Below, in pieces: positions 57,620-64,000 of a stretch of 64,000 bases of DNA. Under the pieces are notes generated by a model that was not told the origin of the DNA, did not search any database, and saw nothing but the letters and a program-made list of their open reading frames with translations. The stretch is from an uncultured Verrucomicrobiae bacterium (GTDB lineage Bacteria; Verrucomicrobiota; Verrucomicrobiia; Chthoniobacterales; JAFAMB01). Both the position numbers and the translations under genes were made by a program. Position 1 is the first letter of the stretch. Each line of letters opens with the position of its first letter. Location of the stretch: assembly GCA_963837955.1 (NCBI GenBank), contig CAWIPH010000002.1:3744001-3808000 (forward strand), given 5' to 3'.

Positions 57620-58570
57620 TTACGGGTGCTTATCGATATATGGCCCGACATTGTCCTTGGTCGTCAGGACCGCCTCTTGCAGTTGCTCCTTGGGTAAGGT
57701 TTTACCGCTGATAGCATCAAGCGCGGAATTCAAGGCCAACTTGCCCATGCCCTGCGTCTGCTGCGTCATTGTGGCGTCCAGGGTGCCGTCGCGGACAGCC
57801 TTCAATCCGGCAACATCACCGTCAAAGCCAACAACAACTACCTTGTGATCAACGTTAGCAACCTTGATTGCTCGGGCGGCTCCCAAGGCAAGCGCATCCG
57901 CTCGACCAAAAAACACCGTGATATCCGGATGCCGCTGCAGCATGTCTTGGCCGATGGCAAAACCTTCATCTTGCATCCATGCTTTACTTGGCTGCTTGGC
58001 CACTACCTCCAAGCTGGGAAAGTCCTTCAAAGCTTCGTTGAAGCCCTTATCTCGGTCCATCTCGGGCGTGGTGCCCAATTGCCCCTGCAGAATGCCGATC
58101 TTACCTTTTCCGCCGGTTATTTTACCAACGTATTCTCCGAGCGTTTTTGCGGCCGATACACTGTCAGTTGCTATAAAGGTGTCTCCCGGCGCATCCGGCG
58201 GTGTACGATCAACACAAATGACTGGAATATTGGCTGCCTTAGCGGCTTTCACCGGTACTCCAGCGGCGGTGGCGCCGGCCGGAATATAGATGAGGGCTTT
58301 AATTCCGCGGGTAATTAAGTCCTGCACTTGGCTGACCTGGGTTGCCGAATCTCCTTTGGCATCAACGGTAATGACCGTCACACCCTTGGTCTTCGCTTCC
58401 GCTTCAACCGATTGTTTGATCTGATTGAAGAAGTCGGCTTGCAGATTTGCCACGGCCAAGCCAACGGTGACGTCTTTCTGTTGGGCGGAGCCGGGTAGCA
58501 CCGCTCCGAAAGATAAGCTGGCGACAAGCGTCGCGATCAGCGGATTATTCTGGAGGAACGTTAGTTTCAT
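57620..58570 (-). CDS. Sugar ABC transporter substrate-binding protein (RbsB-like)
   Basis: Signal peptide; NLQADFF, IPVICVDR, VVGFDG, ATMTQ. Confidence 0.94.
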   Translation of the reverse strand: MKLTFLQNNPLIATLVASLSFGAVLPGSAQQKDVTVGLAVANLQADFFNQIKQSVEAEAKTKGVTVITVDAKGDSATQVSQVQDLITRGIKALIYIPAGATAAGVPVKAAKAANIPVICVDRTPPDAPGDTFIATDSVSAAKTLGEYVGKITGGKGKIGILQGQLGTTPEMDRDKGFNEALKDFPSLEVVAKQPSKAWMQDEGFAIGQDMLQRHPDITVFFGRADALALGAARAIKVANVDHKVVVVGFDGDVAGLKAVRDGTLDATMTQQTQGMGKLALNSALDAISGKTLPKEQLQEAVLTTKDNVGPYIDKHP

Positions 58571-58643
58571 TTATCTATTTGGGGTTAGTTTGACTTCTAC
58601 TTGGTTAAATTCATCGCCGCGCTGCCCTACCGTTTTGCCGGAA

Positions 58644-59657
58644 TCAATTCTCTTTCCGCCGCAGGGTGTCGAAGGTGACAGCTAACGCGATCACCACACC
58701 GATAATGACCTGCTGCACAAAAGGGGAAACACCGGAAAGGTTCAGACCGTTGTGAAGAACGCCGATGATCAGTACGCCGACGACAGTACCGGCAATCCCG
58801 CCAACGCCTCCGCTCAGGCTGGCCCCCCCGATCACCACGGCCGCGATCGTGTCGAGTTCGTAACCGAGTCCGGCGCTCGGCTCAGATGAGTCGAGGCGGC
58901 TCGCCATGGCAATCCCAGCAATACCTGACAACAGGCCGGCCAGAGCATAAACCCAAATAGTGAGCTTCTGGACGTGAATCCCGGCGAGTCGAGCCACCTC
59001 TGCTCCACCCCCAATTGCGTAAAGACTTCGGCCGATCGCGTGATAATTCAGAAAAATCCAACTTACAATTACCAAGGCGATGAAAAGACCAACTGTGACA
59101 GAGAGAAATCCGAAATTTCGAACTGCGGCGAGCGCCGTAAACCAATCGGGGAAACCAACAACTTGCCGGCCGTCTGTGACAATGTTGGCGAGCCCGCGAC
59201 CGACCGACATCATGGTAAGCGTCGCGATGAAGGCCGGCAGCTTGGCCTTAGTAACGAGCAGACCGTTTGCCAGTCCACAGGCGGTTCCGACCAGCAGAGC
59301 AACTGCGACTCCCACCGGGATCGGGACATTCCAGGTATCACGCAGCCATCCCATGATCATCATGGACAACGCCAGAACAGAACCGACCGAAAGATCAATC
59401 CCACCTATGACGATGACTCCAGTCATTCCGATGGCGAGGATCCCCAAAACAGTTACCTGATCGAGAATGTTCAACGCGTTACGGACCGATAAGAACACGT
59501 TGGTCGTGCAGGAGAAGATCACGCAAAGTAATAACAAGCCGAAGAGCGGTCCTTGCACGCCGATGACCCAGTTAGCCCACCCGAATTTGGGCTTGGCCTT
59601 CGCGGGAGCTAACACAGTACTAGCGGCGGCCGGATCCTCTATCTGGGGAGGCATCAT
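58644..59657 (-). CDS. Sugar ABC transporter permease (RbsC-like)
   Basis: GMTGVIVIGGIDLSVGS, PAFIATL, YELDTIAAVVIGGASLSGG. Confidence 0.96.
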   Translation of the reverse strand: MMPPQIEDPAAASTVLAPAKAKPKFGWANWVIGVQGPLFGLLLLCVIFSCTTNVFLSVRNALNILDQVTVLGILAIGMTGVIVIGGIDLSVGSVLALSMMIMGWLRDTWNVPIPVGVAVALLVGTACGLANGLLVTKAKLPAFIATLTMMSVGRGLANIVTDGRQVVGFPDWFTALAAVRNFGFLSVTVGLFIALVIVSWIFLNYHAIGRSLYAIGGGAEVARLAGIHVQKLTIWVYALAGLLSGIAGIAMASRLDSSEPSAGLGYELDTIAAVVIGGASLSGGVGGIAGTVVGVLIIGVLHNGLNLSGVSPFVQQVIIGVVIALAVTFDTLRRKEN

Positions 59658-59664
59658 AAACCAA

Positions 59665-60615
59665 TTACATGTTTCTATTCGTTCGGAGCCGGCGAGCAGT
59701 TTCCGCCAAACCGGGGCCGGAGATTCCGTAGTGCCGAAAGAGTTCTCCCTGACTTCCCGTCATGGTGTACTCATCCGGGAAGCCAACAATTTTGAACGGC
59801 ACCATCCGGCCACGTTGGAGTAACAGAGAAGCGCATGCCTCTCCCAGTCCTCCGTTTACGCTGTGCTCCTCCACTGTGACCAGACCGCGGGTTTCGCTGG
59901 CCGCTCGCAAGACTGCTGCTTCGTCTAACGGCTTGACCGTATGGAAACTCAAGACGCGACAATCGATGCCCTCTCCGGCTAACAACTCCGCAGCCTCGAC
60001 CGCTGGAGCAACCGTTTCGCCACAAGCCAAGAACGAAAGATCGTCTCCATCCCGGACCAGTGAAGCGCGTCCCAATTCGAAACCGGAGCCAACTCGCGGC
60101 AAGTTCGGCATCACTTTCTTGCCGAACCGCAAGTAGACCGGCTTATTAAGCCGGGCAGCGGCTTGCACAGCTTCGCGCGTTTCAAAATTATCACCTGGAG
60201 CGACGATTGTGATGTTGTGAATTGCTCGAAGAGCCGCGAAGTCGTGGAGGGAGTGGTGAGTCGTCCCGAGTGCTCCATAGCTAACTCCGGCACTGATTCC
60301 TACGACCTTGACTGGTCGATCCGAATAGCAGATGTCATTTTTTATCTGCTCCAGCGCTCTAGCGGTCAGGAAGCACGCCGGCGAGACCGCGAACACATTT
60401 TTCCCGGCGGCTGCCAACCCGGCGGCGATTCCGACCAAGTTCTGCTCGGCGATTCCAACCTCGACGACCTGCTCTGGGTAGGCGCTGGTAAATGGAGCCA
60501 ATCTGCCCGATCCCCGAGAGTCGCTGGTGACGACGAGGATATCCCTATTCGCTTTGGCCAATTCCAGTAACGTCGCAGCGAACACGTCAAGATTGGACGA
60601 CGTTCCCTCCGTCAC
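59665..60615 (-). CDS. Transketolase C-terminal subunit (AptB-like)
   Basis: VGIAEQN, RALEQIK, GTTHHS..D, PVYLRFGK, TVKPLD, VTVEEH..GGLG. Confidence 0.93.
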   Translation of the reverse strand: MTEGTSSNLDVFAATLLELAKANRDILVVTSDSRGSGRLAPFTSAYPEQVVEVGIAEQNLVGIAAGLAAAGKNVFAVSPACFLTARALEQIKNDICYSDRPVKVVGISAGVSYGALGTTHHSLHDFAALRAIHNITIVAPGDNFETREAVQAAARLNKPVYLRFGKKVMPNLPRVGSGFELGRASLVRDGDDLSFLACGETVAPAVEAAELLAGEGIDCRVLSFHTVKPLDEAAVLRAASETRGLVTVEEHSVNGGLGEACASLLLQRGRMVPFKIVGFPDEYTMTGSQGELFRHYGISGPGLAETARRLRTNRNM

Positions 60616-61451
60616 GCGATCGAGGCCTCCGCCTGCTCTAATTCCTGAATGGCTTGTTCGAATTCCTGGTCATTCGGCACCCGGTGATGCCAACGGACAG
60701 AGTTCTCCATGAAGCTGATGCCGCAACCTTTGCGCGTCTTAGCGAGCAACAGGCTGGGCTGACCAGCAACGAACGGAACCGATTCCAAATGAGCCAGAAG
60801 TTCGGCAATGTTGTTTCCGTCACACTCTCGCACAGCAAATCCGAACGCCTCGAACTTTAAGTGAAGAGGCTCCAGCTGAACGACTTCTTCGGTCGGACCG
60901 GTAATCTGAAGCCCATTGCGATCGACGATTGCGACCAGATTATCGAGCCGATAATGACCAGCCGTCATGGCCGCCTCCCAGTTTGACCCCTCTGCCAGCT
61001 CACCATCACCGAGCAAGGTGAATACGCGATAATCCTGTCGATCAAGCTTCGCAGCCAGCGCACACCCAACAGCGAACGACAAGCCATGGCCCAGGGCGCC
61101 CGTGTTTTGCTCAACCCCATTCACATGCCTGGTTGGGTGGCCGATGAAATGCGAACCAAAGTGATTCAACGTTTCCAGCTCGGACTGTGGGAAAAACCCG
61201 CGATCCGCCAAAACGGTATAAAGAGCCTCAACGGAGTGTCCCTTGCTCTGCACAAATCGGTCGCGATTGCGATTGTGAAACGTTGCCGGACTCAGGCGCA
61301 GGATCCGGTTATAGAGAACGTTGAGTATGTCGATACTTGAAAGGCTGCCGCCGGTATGGCCGGCTCCTCCATGTTTAATAATGGAGAGAACGGTTTTGCG
61401 GTAGTGGATGGACTTAAGCTGGAGCTGTTGAAGTGATGGGGAGAGATCCAT
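60612..61451 (-). CDS. Transketolase N-terminal subunit (AptA-like)
   Basis: GHTGGSLS, DRFVQSKGH, GHP, TGALGHG, ThDP motif GDGE.AEGSNWEA..DRN. Confidence 0.94.
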   Translation of the reverse strand: MDLSPSLQQLQLKSIHYRKTVLSIIKHGGAGHTGGSLSSIDILNVLYNRILRLSPATFHNRNRDRFVQSKGHSVEALYTVLADRGFFPQSELETLNHFGSHFIGHPTRHVNGVEQNTGALGHGLSFAVGCALAAKLDRQDYRVFTLLGDGELAEGSNWEAAMTAGHYRLDNLVAIVDRNGLQITGPTEEVVQLEPLHLKFEAFGFAVRECDGNNIAELLAHLESVPFVAGQPSLLLAKTRKGCGISFMENSVRWHHRVPNDQEFEQAIQELEQAEASIA

Positions 61452-61456
61452 GCCTT

Positions 61457-61609
61457 TGCATGTTTATGCAGATGCGTGTAATTATGTTGCGCGCTGGCAC
61501 GTTGTCAAGACCTTTAGTAAAGTGGCAAGAGATTCCGCTTGGTTTGACAAAGAAAGTGGCAGATGATAGGCGAACTAAGAGTAAACAACCGATCATGCAT
61601 ATTTATGCG
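61457..61609. promoter_or_regulatory. Divergent sigma70-like promoters with two 14-bp palindromic operators
   Basis: TGCATGTTTATGCA (61457) and TGCATATTTATGCG (61596); TTGACA on - strand at 61508-61503 with CATAAT 16 bp on, and TTGACA on + strand at 61544. Confidence 0.65.
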
Positions 61610-61630
61610 GATCTCCCTGCCGCTTAGACC

Positions 61631-62335
61631 GTGGCCTCCCCTCATCTTCCTCCTTCAGCTATTCGCTCCGCTAGCTCCCGTCGCTGGCTTCCGTTCCTCC
61701 TTGCCGCGATCGTGATCCTCGGTCTCCTGATCTGGAAGCCGCCATTTGTTGTGCGCCCGCTTCCAAGCAGTAAGGCCGAAGGCGGCACCACAACCGGAGT
61801 ACCCGCTGCAAACGCCTCCACCGCCTTTGTTGATCCGATTTGGGACAGCAAAATAGTCCAGGCCTTTATCGAAAAAGCAGTGGATGCAAAGGAACTGTTG
61901 GTCGCAATACAGGAAAACCCGGACCGAGCCGGGGAGAAATTCGGCCGGCGAGAAGCAACTAACCCTTACAATTATTTGATCAAAGGGATAGGCCGGGTGA
62001 CAGCCGTTAACACGGAGTCGCGAGCCGGCACTCTTACCATCGCGTTAGCCGACGCGCCCGAACAGAGCGTAACCATCCAGATCGGGCCGGTAGTGCTAGG
62101 AACCAGTGTCCGGGACGCGACTGGGATTGTGAGCTTCAATCAATTCACAAATCAAATCGACTACGCGGGTGTCTCGAAAGAAATGAATGCTCGCGCCATT
62201 CGCGACGCTCTGGCCGGCAAAGATCCGGCCAGCTTCAATGGGAAACAGGTCCGGTTTGTTGGCGCATTCACCTATGATCCACATTCCGCCGGCGTCATCC
62301 GCGTCACGCCAATCAAGCTGGAAGTGCAAAATTAG
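61631..62335 (+). CDS. DUF2291 family membrane-anchored periplasmic protein
   Basis: N-terminal TM; IWDSKI, VTIQIGPVVLGTSVRDATG..F..FTNQIDY..VSKEMN, V.FVGAF, VTP. Confidence 0.85.
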   Translation: MASPHLPPSAIRSASSRRWLPFLLAAIVILGLLIWKPPFVVRPLPSSKAEGGTTTGVPAANASTAFVDPIWDSKIVQAFIEKAVDAKELLVAIQENPDRAGEKFGRREATNPYNYLIKGIGRVTAVNTESRAGTLTIALADAPEQSVTIQIGPVVLGTSVRDATGIVSFNQFTNQIDYAGVSKEMNARAIRDALAGKDPASFNGKQVRFVGAFTYDPHSAGVIRVTPIKLEVQN

Positions 62336-62347
62336 GAATCTGATTTG

Positions 62348-63958
62348 ATGGCCTCGCCTTCACCAGAATCTAACGGGCCGGGATTAGCGGATGGAGACAA
62401 CGAAACGGTCTTGTTTGCCCGACAGATCACAAAGATTTTCCCTGGCATTCTTGCTCTCGATCAGGTCGATTTCAAGGTCTACCGCGGTAAGGTTAATGTA
62501 CTCATCGGCGAGAACGGAGCTGGTAAATCGACGTTGATGAAGATCGTTGCCGGTGTGGAACAACCCACCGGGGGTGAGCTGATCTTGGACGGAAACCGTG
62601 TCAGTTTCAAAAATACCAGGGAAGCAGCGAGACTGGGTATCGGTATCATCTATCAAGAACTCAATCTCTTTCCGAATCTCACCATTGCGGAAAACATGTT
62701 CGCCGCGCGTGAGATAACCAAGAATGGAGTCGTTCAGCACCGGGAACAAGAAGAGCTCGCGCGGAAGGTGCTGGCGCGCCTGGAACAACCGTTAGATCCC
62801 CGAGCACTCGTCAGCGATTTGCGGATGGGTCAACAACAGATTGTCGAGATTGCCAAGGCGCTATCGCAAGACGTCCGGATACTGATCATGGATGAGCCGA
62901 CCTCAGCGCTAACGGGCACCGAAACCGAAGCGCTCTTCCGGATTATCCGAGAACTCACTGCGCACGGGGTTGCTATTGTCTACATTTCACACAAGCTCGA
63001 AGAACTATTACGCATTGGCGATCATGTGACGGTTCTACGGGACGGTAAGCTAGCCGCGCATGCCCGAGCTCAAGACGTGAATGTCACTTGGATCATCGAG
63101 AAGATGGTCGGACGAACGGTCCGTGCTCCGAGCCGGCACAACCACTTCCATGAAACTGTAGCGAGCGCACCAATATTGAGGGTCGAAGGCCTCACCCTTC
63201 CGAGAGTGGGATCCGGCTTCACGCTGGAAAACGTTAACTTCACACTCAATAGAGGAGAGATCCTCGCTATCTACGGGCTGATGGGAGCGGGCCGAACGGA
63301 GTTATTTGAGTGTTTGATGGGTCTGCACACCGAAGCCACCGGATCGGTCTATCTCAACGGGACTCCTCTGGGACATGCGACTATCGCCGAGCGGATTGAG
63401 CAGGGAATAACCTTGGTTCCTGAAGATCGGCAGCGACTCGGTTTGGTTCAGCAGTTAACAGTGAGCCAGAATCTGACGCTGGCGAGTTTACGAAAGTGTC
63501 TGACTTGGTTCTGGCTTTCTGATCGCCGTGAACATGAATCGGCTACAGCAATCATTCGCGAACTAGCAATCAAGACGAGAAGCGCCAGCCAGCCGGTAAC
63601 GGCTTTGAGCGGTGGAAATCAACAGAAGGTAGTGGTCGCCAAAAGTCTGCTGACGAAGCCGCAGATCTTATTGCTCGATGAGCCGACCCGTGGAATCGAC
63701 GTTGGAGCCAAAGCCGAGATCTTCCAAATCATTAATCGGCTCGCTGAACAAGGACTGGCGATTCTCTTTGTCTCGTCGGAGCTACCCGAGGTCTTAGCGG
63801 TGCCGGACCGGATTCTCGTCCTATCGAAGGGCAAAGTCACTGGTGAGTTTACGCATGACGATGTGACTGATGAAAAGCTGGTTCATGCTGCCTCTGCCCT
63901 GCAGCAAACGGATCACCCCATCGATCGAGAGCATTCTAAAATGCTACAAACTAATTAG
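62348..63958 (+). CDS. Sugar ABC transporter ATP-binding protein
   Basis: GENGAGKSTLMK, MDEPT, VPEDRQ, LSGGNQQK, LDEPTRGIDVGAK. Confidence 0.96.
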   Translation: MASPSPESNGPGLADGDNETVLFARQITKIFPGILALDQVDFKVYRGKVNVLIGENGAGKSTLMKIVAGVEQPTGGELILDGNRVSFKNTREAARLGIGIIYQELNLFPNLTIAENMFAAREITKNGVVQHREQEELARKVLARLEQPLDPRALVSDLRMGQQQIVEIAKALSQDVRILIMDEPTSALTGTETEALFRIIRELTAHGVAIVYISHKLEELLRIGDHVTVLRDGKLAAHARAQDVNVTWIIEKMVGRTVRAPSRHNHFHETVASAPILRVEGLTLPRVGSGFTLENVNFTLNRGEILAIYGLMGAGRTELFECLMGLHTEATGSVYLNGTPLGHATIAERIEQGITLVPEDRQRLGLVQQLTVSQNLTLASLRKCLTWFWLSDRREHESATAIIRELAIKTRSASQPVTALSGGNQQKVVVAKSLLTKPQILLLDEPTRGIDVGAKAEIFQIINRLAEQGLAILFVSSELPEVLAVPDRILVLSKGKVTGEFTHDDVTDEKLVHAASALQQTDHPIDREHSKMLQTN

Positions 63959-64000
63959 AGAACATTCTAACCGGTTATGTCTTCCGCTGCCACGTCGATC

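Overview
Gene-dense bacterial chromosomal window; gene content and intergenic repeat style suggest Verrucomicrobiota (inference only). It carries housekeeping genes (uvrA, yajC-secDF, tag, a Pit transporter with a PHO-box-like site), secreted hydrolases (Asp-box beta-propeller, S8/S53-like protease, GH3-PA14), a cytoplasmic GH15, a probable sigma54-driven purine-scavenging trio (Rieske oxygenase, NMT1-type binding protein, amidohydrolase) and a large sugar/polyol locus resembling D-apiose transketolase-pathway clusters (split transketolase, FGGY kinase, SDR, two ABC systems, DUF2291, SorC regulator). The most striking non-coding signal is a rich set of palindromic intergenic repeats. An intact REP-associated HUH tyrosine transposase (RAYT, 36614-37204) is embedded in its cognate GTAG-CCTGA..TCAGG REPs. 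These REPs also form a 41-bp-period alternating triplet, a five-unit head-to-tail array and a distant solo copy. At least five other repeat families are present: a 185-bp MITE-like element whose two direct copies bracket a glyoxalase gene, 230-290-bp nested palindromes, inverted 9-mer/7-mer arrays, and GGTAGGG/GGAGGG doublets. I saw no rRNA, tRNA, CRISPR array or cas gene. Product calls come from motif recognition by eye, not from database searches.
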